Shown one piece after another: positions 7,788-17,235 of a DNA stretch of 49,810 bases (position 1 is its first letter; each line of letters opens with the position of its first letter). The DNA comes from Candidatus Zixiibacteriota bacterium. Its GTDB lineage: Bacteria > Chloroflexota > Anaerolineae > Promineifilales > Promineifilaceae. Where the stretch lies: contig DASRZI010000085.1 of assembly GCA_035686605.1 (NCBI GenBank), positions 1-49,810 of the forward strand. Reading direction: 5' to 3'. Position numbers and translations under genes: made by a program. The notes below the pieces were generated by a model. That model was not told the origin of the DNA. It ran no database searches and worked only from the letters and a program-made list of their open reading frames with translations.

Positions 7788-8618
7788 ATGAGCGTTTTGG
7801 CGATTGTTAATCAGAAGGGTGGGGTAGGCAAAACTACAACAGCCATCAACCTGGCTCACGGCCTAGCCATTAAACTGAATCAAAATGGTGGCGGGCGAGT
7901 ATTGTTAGTTGACATTGATCCACAAGGCAACTGCACCAAAGCGCTTGGCGTTGATCCCGGTGATCGATGCATAAGCGCGCTCTTGGCTAGGACACGGAAG
8001 ATCAAGGAAAGCATAATCCCTGACTTGCCTAAGCGGTCAGGGGGGACTGGGCGCCCCGGGCTTTTTTTGATACCGGCCACAGATCGGCTTGTGGGCATAA
8101 CCGAGGAGTTGCTCATTAGAGATTTCCAAGGCCGACGCCTGCGCAGGGAAGGCGCGCCTATTGATGAGATTCTCAATTATCGGCTAGGCGGGCTACGCGA
8201 GGCGTTCAAATTCATCATTATCGATTGTCCACCTTCTCTAGGTTCATTGACAGAAGCTGTGTACAATTTCAGTGACAAGGCTATTGTTCCGGTCCGGACG
8301 GCAATGCTTGATGCGGCAGGCGCTGCCCAACATACCCAGATGATCACTGAGCTACAGTCGGCCGGACTACAAATATCAGTGAGTCTTATACTACCCACCT
8401 TCTACGAGCCACGGCAAATTCTGGCACAGAAAGTATTGCTGGAACTGGCTGCCAAATATGGGAAGCGGCGGATCGCGTACCCAATCAGGCAAAGCGTAAT
8501 TATCCAGCAGGCACAGGCTTCGGGAGGACAAACGCTATTCGAATATCCCGGCGCTGAAGATTCATGGCCGAGGCTTGGTTATCAGAGGTTAGTGGAGCAA
8601 GTTTACAATGAAGGGTGA
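7788..8618 (+). CDS. parA: ParA/Soj-family partition ATPase
   Basis: Deviant Walker A in AIVNQKGGVGKTTTAINLA. Also DIDPQGN and IIIDCPPSLG. I chose the ATG at 7788 (MSVLAIVNQKGG) because the tracked 5' extension covers the operator repeats. Confidence 0.9.
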   Translation: MSVLAIVNQKGGVGKTTTAINLAHGLAIKLNQNGGGRVLLVDIDPQGNCTKALGVDPGDRCISALLARTRKIKESIIPDLPKRSGGTGRPGLFLIPATDRLVGITEELLIRDFQGRRLRREGAPIDEILNYRLGGLREAFKFIIIDCPPSLGSLTEAVYNFSDKAIVPVRTAMLDAAGAAQHTQMITELQSAGLQISVSLILPTFYEPRQILAQKVLLELAAKYGKRRIAYPIRQSVIIQQAQASGGQTLFEYPGAEDSWPRLGYQRLVEQVYNEG

Positions 8619-8973
8619 TCCTGACGAAAGCTTAAGTTTCCTGGATGAAATAGCTGAATCGCCGCCGGCGAGCAGTAGGCGCAAAAGGCGGGGTAGGGGG
8701 GATAAGTTCGAGACCGGCTTAGAAGACGTTTCATACCGCGAAGCCGCCAGAGCTACGGCTAATAAAAGTATGGCCGGGCAGTATAAGCGTTACACAGTCT
8801 ACCTGGCGCCGGAAGATATTGCGCACCTCAAGGAGGTTGCTGCAGAGCTAGAGCTCAGCCAAGCGGAAACTGCCCGGTGGTTTTTTCAGCAGATGTTCGT
8901 GTATTACGGGCAAGGGCTCCGACCAGAGATGGAGGAAGTCGTTGTCCGAAGGCGGCTGAAACAACAAGGTTAA
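8608..8973 (+). CDS. Small ParG-like ribbon-helix-helix partner protein with a basic N-terminal tail
   Basis: Its start overlaps the parA stop (ATGA-type overlap). The N-terminus is Arg-rich (SSRRKRRGRGD). YKRYTVYLAPEDIAHLKEVAAELELSQAETARWFFQQ fits a beta-strand plus two helices (RHH). Confidence 0.65.
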   Translation: MKGDPDESLSFLDEIAESPPASSRRKRRGRGDKFETGLEDVSYREAARATANKSMAGQYKRYTVYLAPEDIAHLKEVAAELELSQAETARWFFQQMFVYYGQGLRPEMEEVVVRRRLKQQG

Positions 8974-9639
8974 TGCAGGCAAGATGTGGTACTGACGCGC
9001 GCGTACCCACGCTACAGGGAAAATGTATAAATAAACGGTTCCAACGCAATTTGCTATACATTGAATAATCACACCAGTTTTATTGACTTTATTGGAATTG
9101 AGGATATGAGAAACCATGACAGCTTGGATTGGCCTCATTACCTCTAAAAAAGCGGGGTAGGGCTAGCTGAAGTCGGCGATGTAGACACACCGCTAAGCCA
9201 ATCTCTCAGAATCAAGACCCGCGTGTCAAAAAATACGGTCGTTTAAATGGACCAGGCTGAGGTTTTCCTTCAGACAGTCAAAACCACTGTTCGGAAGTCT
9301 GAGTTGAGGTATCCACTTCATCAGACCACGCCAGCATTGTTGCTTGTTTACCGGGTCAGTTGAATCAATCATCGTCTTACGGCGCGCACCGCCACACCAA
9401 TTACACATCACTGCCAAGTTCGACATTATTGGTACGTTGCAGTCCCAAGTCCTAGCATGCCTTTCCCAAATAGTCGTTTATCAGCTAAACCTTGTTTTGA
9501 ACCAGGGCTGGGAGAGAGGTTCGAGGATGAGAATCAAATTCTTTTCTCTGTGAGTATTTGTTTTACTTGACTATTGTTACGTTATACTGTAAAAAGTAAG
9601 TAAATGAAAGTTTATGACGAGATATGAAATGCCGGGGCG

Positions 9640-10416
9640 ATGAAAACCCATAAAGACCTCTATCTACAAGAACGACAAAGCGATATCGTGAGGTTGGTCT
9701 CAGAAAACGAGCGTGTTTCTGTATCTGAATTGAGTCATCGTTATGGCGTTTCCGAGGTTACGATTCGTTCCGATTTACAAGTCCTGGCGAATCAGGGGCT
9801 TCTTGTCAGGACGCATGGGGGCGCTGTACCCAACAATCAAAGAGTGACGATTTTGTCTTTAACCGCTCGACTTCAGCTCCAGGAACAGGAAAAACGACGC
9901 ATTGGCCGGGAGGCTGCAAAGGGAATTAACAGTGGAGATGCAATCTTCCTGGACACAAGTAGCACGACCTTGGCTATCGCAAAAAATCTAAAGAAACATC
10001 GCTATCTGACCATCATTACTAATAGCCTTGCTGTTGCCCAGGAAATGTTGGATTCTCCTGGATCGGAAGTTGTTATGATCGGAGGTCGCCTGCGACGGGA
10101 TACGGCTTCGCTTGTTGGAATTGAAGGTATAGAGATGCTTCGCGATTATCATATCCAAAAGGGCTTCTTTGGCATCCATGGCATTACTTTTGAAGCCGGG
10201 TTGACAGATGTAAGTGTTGACGAAGCAGAAGTGAAGCGTCCTCTTGTAAAAATGTGCCGCCAGGTGATTGCGGTTTTTGACTCGACCAAATGGGGCAAAA
10301 TTGGACTGTCTACTTTCGCTAAACTACATGAGATAGATCAAATAATTTCAGATGACGCACCGGTTGAAATAGCAGAACAGATTCGTTCTCTCGGAATAGA
10401 TCTCAAGCTCGTATAG
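9640..10416 (+). CDS. DeoR/GlpR-family transcriptional regulator
   Basis: N-terminal [43 protein letters not shown], followed by a DeoR C-terminal sensor-like region. Confidence 0.9.
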   Translation: MKTHKDLYLQERQSDIVRLVSENERVSVSELSHRYGVSEVTIRSDLQVLANQGLLVRTHGGAVPNNQRVTILSLTARLQLQEQEKRRIGREAAKGINSGDAIFLDTSSTTLAIAKNLKKHRYLTIITNSLAVAQEMLDSPGSEVVMIGGRLRRDTASLVGIEGIEMLRDYHIQKGFFGIHGITFEAGLTDVSVDEAEVKRPLVKMCRQVIAVFDSTKWGKIGLSTFAKLHEIDQIISDDAPVEIAEQIRSLGIDLKLV

Positions 10417-10485
10417 AAAGAATAATAGGCATTATCTTGAATGTACCGCTAACAGACATAAGTTTTAGGATAGGCTAACAATTCA

Positions 10486-11859
10486 ATGGCTTCAGCAATA
10501 TTAATGCCAAAACAGGGTAATACTGTAGAGAGCTGTCTCATAATCGAGTGGTTGAAAGGGGTTGGAGATCAGATTGAGACTGGTGAAGTACTGTGTGTTG
10601 TGGAAACGGATAAAGCTACATTGGAAGTTGAGAGTACCGCTTCCGGTTCTATTCTGACACTTTACTTTGATGAAGGGGATGATGTTCCAGTCCTGACCCC
10701 AATTGCAGCCATTGGAAAAACTGGCGAAGATTTCGCTGGATTAGGTCCGGATACCGCTGAACCAAGAACAACCGGAATCATTGAACGTGGAGTAACTACA
10801 GATCCTAAAGTGGTTCGACGTGGTCTGGCAGCGAAATCGTCTCGGGTGCCGAATCCCATCTCCGCTATACCTAAAGTGGGCATCTCGCCAAGGGCTAAGA
10901 AGCTGGCTCAAGAAAAGGACGTGCAGTTGGCAAATATTAAGGGCACAGGGCCGTATGGGCGGATCATCGAGCGAGATGTGCTGGCGGTGTCAGCTCATCC
11001 CAGACTGACGCCAGTGGCCAGACGTATGATAGACCACGGGGAGTATACCGTACCCGAAGTGGATATTGGTATTAGTGGTCGTATCACCTCTAGAGATTTG
11101 ATTCCTAGTGTTGATGCCACACAATACTCCCCGGCAAGCACGGAATCCTCGACAAGGGTGCAGGAAGATGTTCTTGAAATCCCTGTCAATGGCATCCGCA
11201 AGGTGATTGCCGAGCGGATGCTCAGCTCTGTGCAGACGACTGCCCAACTGACGCTCCATACATCGGCCGACGCCAGAACGCTACTTTCTTATCGCAGAAA
11301 GTTAAAAAACAGCTCGGAAAGGCTCGGATTACGCGAGGTGACTGTTGGTGATTTGATACTTTACGTCGTCTCGCGAACATTGCCTGATTTTCCGGAGATA
11401 AATGCATTATTCAACGGCGAATCCATATTCCGATACCATACCGTGCATCTCGCTCTCGCGGTGGACACGCCACGAGGCCTGCTGGTACCGGTGATCAGAA
11501 ACGCCCAAATCCTAGGCCTTAGGCAGGTTTCGTTGGAGGCAAAGCGACTGGCGAATGCCTGCCAGAAAGGCCACATCAAGCCAGACGAACTTGCCGGGGG
11601 CACTTTTACGGTTTCCAATCTAGGTGCATTTGGAATTGAGAGTTTCACACCTATCCTAAATCCACCTCAGGTGGGCATTTTGGGGGTGGGCAATATTAAC
11701 CTGAAGCCGGTTGATGTGAAGGGCAAAATCCATTTCTTCCCACACATTGGATTGTCTTTAACTATTAACCACCAGATTGTCGATGGTGCCCCAGGTGCAC
11801 GTTTCTTAGAAACGCTATCAGATAATCTTTCTGATATCGAGCTATTGGTGGTCTTGTAG
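10486..11859 (+). CDS. Dihydrolipoamide acyltransferase (E2) of a 2-oxoacid/acetoin dehydrogenase complex
   Basis: Lipoyl motif VETDKATLEVES. Peripheral subunit-binding domain ISPRAKKLAQEKDVQLANIKGTGPYGRIIERDV. Catalytic motif INHQIVDGAPGARF. Confidence 0.92.
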   Translation: MASAILMPKQGNTVESCLIIEWLKGVGDQIETGEVLCVVETDKATLEVESTASGSILTLYFDEGDDVPVLTPIAAIGKTGEDFAGLGPDTAEPRTTGIIERGVTTDPKVVRRGLAAKSSRVPNPISAIPKVGISPRAKKLAQEKDVQLANIKGTGPYGRIIERDVLAVSAHPRLTPVARRMIDHGEYTVPEVDIGISGRITSRDLIPSVDATQYSPASTESSTRVQEDVLEIPVNGIRKVIAERMLSSVQTTAQLTLHTSADARTLLSYRRKLKNSSERLGLREVTVGDLILYVVSRTLPDFPEINALFNGESIFRYHTVHLALAVDTPRGLLVPVIRNAQILGLRQVSLEAKRLANACQKGHIKPDELAGGTFTVSNLGAFGIESFTPILNPPQVGILGVGNINLKPVDVKGKIHFFPHIGLSLTINHQIVDGAPGARFLETLSDNLSDIELLVVL

Positions 11860-11957
11860 CCTGAACCATACCATTACTGTTAGACGATAAAGAGATCCGT
11901 TAAATATCCAAATACTTTACAACACCTTCAAGAATAGTGACATGAGGTAGACGATAA

Positions 11958-14414
11958 ATGCCGAAAACCATCCTAGTTGACCCTGCTGACGTTCGCAAAC
12001 CGTCAACCCTTCATTTCCCAGAAATACCAATGAATGCCTACGTCTCTGATCCAAAGGCCGAAGCACAGAAATATGGTACTGAAAGCCTCAATCGTATGTA
12101 CCGGGATATGGTGTACATACGTGAGTTTGAGACAATGCTTGACCGGATCAAGAGAGAAGGGGTCTACGAAGGTGTAGAATACAATCACTTGGGTCCGGCC
12201 CACCTATCGGTTGGCCAGGAAGCGGCCGCCGTTGGACAATGTTACCACCTGACAGTGGACGACTTCATTTTCGGATCCCATCGTAGCCATGGAGAAATTC
12301 TGGCCAAGAGTTTTTCAGCAATTGCTCAATTGAGTGATGATGAATTAATCCAGATCATGGAATCTTACATGGGCGGCCAAATATTGCGAGCCATCGAAAT
12401 CTATTCGAATGGTTCTGTAAAGAATTTGGCCGTGAATTACACACTTTACGGGACATTGGCTGAGATATTTGGCAGGGAAAATGGATTCAACAAAGGCATG
12501 GGTGGTTCCATGCACACCTTTTTCCCTCCCTTTGGTGTGATGCCTAACAATGCCATTGTGGGTGGATCGGCCGACATCGCCACCGGCGCAGCCTTATTCA
12601 AGCGGATCAACCACCATGCTGGAATCTGTATCGCTAACATTGGCGATGCTGCTTTAGGTTGTGGGCCGGTGTGGGAAGCAATGACCTTCGCAGCCATGGA
12701 TCAGTATCGCACTCTGTGGGATGAGGAATTAGGTGGCGCACCGCCTATCTTGTTCAATTTCATGAACAACTTCTATGGCATGGGCGGCCAAACCGTAGGT
12801 GAAACGATGGGCTTTGGCACGCTCGCTCGGGTTGGCGCTGGTGTCAATCCTGAGGGTATGCATGCCGAACGTGTGGACGGATACAATCCAATTGCCGTTG
12901 CCGATGCTATCGAACGGAAAAAGAAAATATTGTTGGAAGGTCGGGGACCAGTTCTCCTGGATACGACCACCTATCGATACATTGGTCATTCAACTTCTGA
13001 TTCTTCTTCTTACCGGGATAAAGATGAGATTGCTCTCTGGAGAGGGCACGATTCAATAGCGGGGTTCGGAAACTACCTCATACAGAACGGCCATGCAACT
13101 GATAGCACGTTAGAAAATATTCACCAGGATTCAGTTGAGCGAATTACCAACGCTCTGAGATCGGCGGCATCACTGGAAATATCGCCCAGGATTACCAGTA
13201 GGGGGAATAGTGTTGGTGACATGATGTTTTCTAACACATCCGTCGATAGGTTTGCCGATGATGTCCCGGAAGCATTGATACCTAAAGAGGAAAGCCGCTT
13301 TAAGATCACAAGCAATAAATATCGATTTGGACTGGAAGAGGGAAAAGCGCGTCCTAAACTCCGCTGTCTTTCTTATTCAGAGGCTTTGTTTGAAGCAATG
13401 CTTCACCGACTCTATGAAGATCCAACAATGATCGCCTATGGAGAAGAAAACCGCGATTGGGGCGGCGCCTTTGGTGCGTACCGGGGACTCACAGAGTGTA
13501 TGCCATACCACCGGCTGTTTAATTCGTCGATTTCAGAAGCAGCCATCGTTGGTTCGGCCGTTGGTTACGCGCTGTCAGGCGGCCGTGTGGTGGCCGAACT
13601 CATGTATTGTGACTTCATGGGCAGAGCTGGCGATGAGATATTTAACCAGATGGCCAAGTGGCAGGCCATGTCGGCCAACGTACTACAAATGCCCCTCGTC
13701 TTACGGGTGTCCGTTGGCGCTAAATATGGCGCCCAACACTCACAAGACTGGACCTCCCTGGTGGCTCACATCCCTGGTTTAAAGGCAATGTTCCCGGCAA
13801 CGCCTTACGACGCGAAAGGTATGCTGAATTTAGCCTTGAGAGGCACAGATCCTGTCGTCTTCTTTGAAAGTCAGCGTTTATATAATGAGCCGGAAATTCT
13901 GGTAGAGGGAGGTGTGCCTGTTGAATACTATGAAGTGGAGATGGGTGATCCGGCCCTACGTCGCCAGGGACGAAACATCACCATCGTAACCATTGGAGCC
14001 AGCTTATATCGGGCGCTAGAGGCAGCAACCGAATTAGAAGAAAAGCATGGCCTCTCAACCGAAGTGATAGATGCTCGTTTTATCAACCCGCTTAATTATG
14101 AAAAGATCATCGCTTCCGTAAAGAAGACAGGAAAAATCGTGCTCGTCTCTGATGCGTGTGAACGTGGCTCATTCTTGCATACAATGGCCTCAAACATAAG
14201 TCAGCTGGCTTTCGATTACTTAGATGGTCCTGTGGTGGTTGTCGGTGCTCGCAACTGGATCACACCACCGGCTGAAATGGAGGATCTTTTCTTTCCCCAA
14301 AAAGAGTGGATTATTGATGCGATTCACGAGCGGATCCTGCCAATATCAGGCCATGTGCCCAGTACGGCACAGGGTTATCACGAGATTCTAGAGAGAAACC
14401 GACTGGGTATCTAA
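11958..14414 (+). CDS. Fused E1 alpha/beta TPP-dependent dehydrogenase component (818 aa)
   Basis: The N-terminal half has a TPP-binding region ([10 protein letters not shown]...[10 protein letters not shown]). The C-terminal half resembles E1 beta/transketolase ([30 protein letters not shown]; VFFESQRLY). Confidence 0.9.
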   Translation: MPKTILVDPADVRKPSTLHFPEIPMNAYVSDPKAEAQKYGTESLNRMYRDMVYIREFETMLDRIKREGVYEGVEYNHLGPAHLSVGQEAAAVGQCYHLTVDDFIFGSHRSHGEILAKSFSAIAQLSDDELIQIMESYMGGQILRAIEIYSNGSVKNLAVNYTLYGTLAEIFGRENGFNKGMGGSMHTFFPPFGVMPNNAIVGGSADIATGAALFKRINHHAGICIANIGDAALGCGPVWEAMTFAAMDQYRTLWDEELGGAPPILFNFMNNFYGMGGQTVGETMGFGTLARVGAGVNPEGMHAERVDGYNPIAVADAIERKKKILLEGRGPVLLDTTTYRYIGHSTSDSSSYRDKDEIALWRGHDSIAGFGNYLIQNGHATDSTLENIHQDSVERITNALRSAASLEISPRITSRGNSVGDMMFSNTSVDRFADDVPEALIPKEESRFKITSNKYRFGLEEGKARPKLRCLSYSEALFEAMLHRLYEDPTMIAYGEENRDWGGAFGAYRGLTECMPYHRLFNSSISEAAIVGSAVGYALSGGRVVAELMYCDFMGRAGDEIFNQMAKWQAMSANVLQMPLVLRVSVGAKYGAQHSQDWTSLVAHIPGLKAMFPATPYDAKGMLNLALRGTDPVVFFESQRLYNEPEILVEGGVPVEYYEVEMGDPALRRQGRNITIVTIGASLYRALEAATELEEKHGLSTEVIDARFINPLNYEKIIASVKKTGKIVLVSDACERGSFLHTMASNISQLAFDYLDGPVVVVGARNWITPPAEMEDLFFPQKEWIIDAIHERILPISGHVPSTAQGYHEILERNRLGI

Positions 14415-14595
14415 GGCGACCACAAGTTAGAATCAAATCAGTTAACTAAATCCCACAAGTCGATTCGATTGATCAGTAGTTCCCGTGCTAAATGGTGGAA
14501 AATAGAAGAGAGGAGTCGTGGGTCAATTTGATCCTCTCTGGAATTACTCAGTCGAGGGAATTTCCCTCAGTTCATCTGTGTTGTTTCCGCGAACA

Positions 14596-15540
14596 TCAAA
14601 TTGTCACGATCCCACCTTCTGCAAGACCTATGAGCAGGGTAGCGTTGCGATCAAATCCCTGTGGAGCTGCAAGACAGACCATATTCTCAGCATGCGCCGC
14701 ACCTGCCTTCAATTCACTCCAAGATTGGCCGTTGTCACTTGACAGTAGTAGTTTGTCTTGGATCAACGCCAAAATTTCTCCATTATCTGGGTACTCCTGT
14801 GAGAGAAGGAGCGCATTTACCGTATCAGGGATATCCTCTTCACCGATACGAATCCAGTGACGGCCGCTGTCCTTTGAGCGATATAAGCCCTGGGATTCTG
14901 TACCCGCAAACAGTGTTCCGTCGGTCCGATAATTGGGCGACAAGGCTAGGCTGAGAACCGGGGCCAGTTCAATGGGGAAGTCCACTTCGCGCCAGGCTCG
15001 TCCCCCATTTGTGCTGCGGAATATTCCCGAGTCAACTCCTGCGAATAATGTTTCATCTTCAGAATAATCCTTGGAAATGGTCAAGCAAATAATATTTAGA
15101 TCTAGGAGGCCGAAGTTCCAGGTCGTCCAATTTCCACCACGGTTGGAACTACTAAAGATACCGTCCTCGACTGTGCCTGCTAGCAGTACGCCATCTCGAT
15201 CGTAATCAGGGGAGATAACAAGAGCTGAAACCAGAGGGGGTGGAGAAGGAAAATGAATCACGTCCCACGTCTCTCCCCCATCAAAGGAACGTAATATTCC
15301 ACCTGCCACCCCGGAAAAAACAGTTCTATCCGAAGCGAAATTTGGAGAAACAGCAACCGACATCGTAAGTAAAGGTGTCGTAAGGTTCAATGACTCATAC
15401 GCCATGTTCCAGGTTTTGCCACCATCTACAGACCGGTAAAGACCCGATCGTCGTGCAGCAAAACAGATCCCATCTTGAGCGAAGTTGGGTGAGGCGACTA
15501 GCGCATAGGTGATGTCTGAATTCGGAATGGCTGTGTTCAT
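14596..15540 (-). CDS. BNR/Asp-box repeat beta-propeller protein (Ycf48-like)
   Basis: Six S.DGG.TW-like Asp boxes (RSVDGGKTW, RSFDGGETW, SNRGGNW, RSTNGGRAW, RSKDSGRHW, SSDNGQSW), each preceded by an SP(N/D)(F/Y)..D motif. No obvious signal peptide. Confidence 0.8.
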   Translation of the reverse strand: MNTAIPNSDITYALVASPNFAQDGICFAARRSGLYRSVDGGKTWNMAYESLNLTTPLLTMSVAVSPNFASDRTVFSGVAGGILRSFDGGETWDVIHFPSPPPLVSALVISPDYDRDGVLLAGTVEDGIFSSSNRGGNWTTWNFGLLDLNIICLTISKDYSEDETLFAGVDSGIFRSTNGGRAWREVDFPIELAPVLSLALSPNYRTDGTLFAGTESQGLYRSKDSGRHWIRIGEEDIPDTVNALLLSQEYPDNGEILALIQDKLLLSSDNGQSWSELKAGAAHAENMVCLAAPQGFDRNATLLIGLAEGGIVTI

Positions 15541-15603
15541 TAATACTCCATGGTGTGAGGAAACACTAATAGTTGCTGGATTCTACAGCCGCTAAGGGAT
15601 TGA

Positions 15604-15635
15604 GCAACTCGCAGATCAGCGAGTCTGCGAGTTGC
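15604..15635 (-). terminator. Perfect 12-bp stem hairpin just downstream of the FucI-like gene
   Basis: gcaactcgcaga-tcagcgag-tctgcgagttgc. There is no U-tract on either strand, so it could be a terminator or an RNA-processing/stability element. Confidence 0.4.
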
Positions 15636-15661
15636 ATGGAGCTAAAGTAGGGGCAATTAAA

Positions 15662-17089
15662 CTACCGCTTGTGCTGGTAAAGATCCCAACCCAGGTAAGA
15701 TGTGATCGCTTCTTGAAGTACATCCGCACAATGATCTCGGGTCAGTGCTACATGGTGTTCAAAGCCGTTCTTACATAGAAAATTTAACAGACCTTGAAGA
15801 TCTTCAACCTGGCATACAGCCGCGCCACCATCAATTCCCACCGGATCGTCAGTAAAGTGACCCTCGCCAAGATAAGCTTTGATTGAACCTTCTGAATCAA
15901 ATGTCGACATACGGAAATATGTCATTGGTCCGGCAGCGACCTGGCCCTTTATCGCCCCAAAGCAACGGTCAGGGCCTAAGCTAGCCCCTAGGACGTCCAG
16001 GTTGGAGATTTCAACCTCTCTTCCCATAAAGCTTGCCGGGTAATTACTACAGTGGGTATTGATACACTTATTGCGATCATCCGCATAGTTGTTGTTCCAA
16101 TCCTGAAAACCTGGTGGATTCCCGGAAGCCAGCAATAAGGCATACATAGAGATTGCTCCGGCAATATCAACCTCACAGGCACTGGGCATGAATCGTTCAC
16201 CCATCATGCTCATGGATAAACATGTGGCGCAACCATAATTGTTCTGCACCGAATCCCAACATTGGATAGCACTGGCATCACACTCATTTTCTGTCATCCA
16301 GCGATCAATTACCACTGACAATTTAGACTGCTTCAAGACGTTTGCAGTCGGGATATAGTTGGGAATTGTGCCATAGTCATGGATCTCGGCAAGCTTGGTT
16401 TGAACTGCTTTGTCATCGTCTCCCAACGCCGTTGCACTGGCGAGAATTACCGACAGGTCGACAGGAATAACAGTAATTCCTGTCGCCTGCAGTATCTTTT
16501 CACTAAAGCGAACTGTCTGGAAAGCTGCAGGTCGTGCACCAATTGCCCCGATCCGGGCATTCCGGATACCCTTTACTACCCGGCAAACTCGCGAAAAGAA
16601 CTCTAGATCTTTGGCAAAATAGTCACTTTCGATGGGATATGAGTGAAGTGATGTGTTAGTAAAAGGGATACTATATTGGTGGAGGTTGTTGCAGACTGAC
16701 AATTTTCCACAGAATGAATCTCGTCTATGAGGGATGTCTAGCTTATCCAGATCATCATCGCAAGACTGGATCAACACAGGGACATCCAACTTGGCCATGT
16801 CAAGGGTTTGGACAACCCCTAGCTCATCGCCAAAATTTGGCAGGATCACCACGATACCATCTATGATATCGGAATTCTCTTTGAAGAGATTAGCGCAGAG
16901 CCTGGCATCTGCCCGAGATTCGATTGCCCCGTTTGGTGTCGCGTCAGCAGGTGGGATGACGTAGTCATAACCCAGTTCATCGAGTTTGGCTAACACCTGT
17001 ATTCGACCTTCTGCTGCCAATTGGGGATTAAAAAATCCACGAGTTGCAACTATCAGGCCAAATGTTGTTTTCTTTTCCATGATTTTCAT
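15662..17089 (-). CDS. L-fucose isomerase-family sugar isomerase (about 475 aa)
   Basis: Length and N-terminus (KTTFGLIVATRGFFNPQLAAEG...) resemble COG2407 FucI-like proteins. AAGGAG lies 6 nt upstream of the ATG. Confidence 0.75.
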   Translation of the reverse strand: MKIMEKKTTFGLIVATRGFFNPQLAAEGRIQVLAKLDELGYDYVIPPADATPNGAIESRADARLCANLFKENSDIIDGIVVILPNFGDELGVVQTLDMAKLDVPVLIQSCDDDLDKLDIPHRRDSFCGKLSVCNNLHQYSIPFTNTSLHSYPIESDYFAKDLEFFSRVCRVVKGIRNARIGAIGARPAAFQTVRFSEKILQATGITVIPVDLSVILASATALGDDDKAVQTKLAEIHDYGTIPNYIPTANVLKQSKLSVVIDRWMTENECDASAIQCWDSVQNNYGCATCLSMSMMGERFMPSACEVDIAGAISMYALLLASGNPPGFQDWNNNYADDRNKCINTHCSNYPASFMGREVEISNLDVLGASLGPDRCFGAIKGQVAAGPMTYFRMSTFDSEGSIKAYLGEGHFTDDPVGIDGGAAVCQVEDLQGLLNFLCKNGFEHHVALTRDHCADVLQEAITSYLGWDLYQHKR

Positions 17090-17235
17090 TTCTTGCTCCT
17101 TGAATAATATGTCTGGACTTGACGTATTCGAAGTTGGTTTCCAAAAACACCCTCGTTTAAAGTTTGATTTCAGGCCGAACTTAGGGCCACCATTCCTCCT
17201 TGCCCTTCAAGAGGTTTGCGGTGTTATTCCCGTAT

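Noticed and set aside
9226-9426. 66-aa Cys-containing minus-strand ORF in the parG-deoR spacer
   Set aside because: No SD or family resemblance. It sits in a 660-bp intergenic region, could be a remnant, and the evidence is insufficient.
9567-9588. TTGACT ... TATACT as the deoR-regulator promoter
   Set aside because: The spacer is only 10 nt by my count, which is incompatible with a sigma70 -35/-10 pair.
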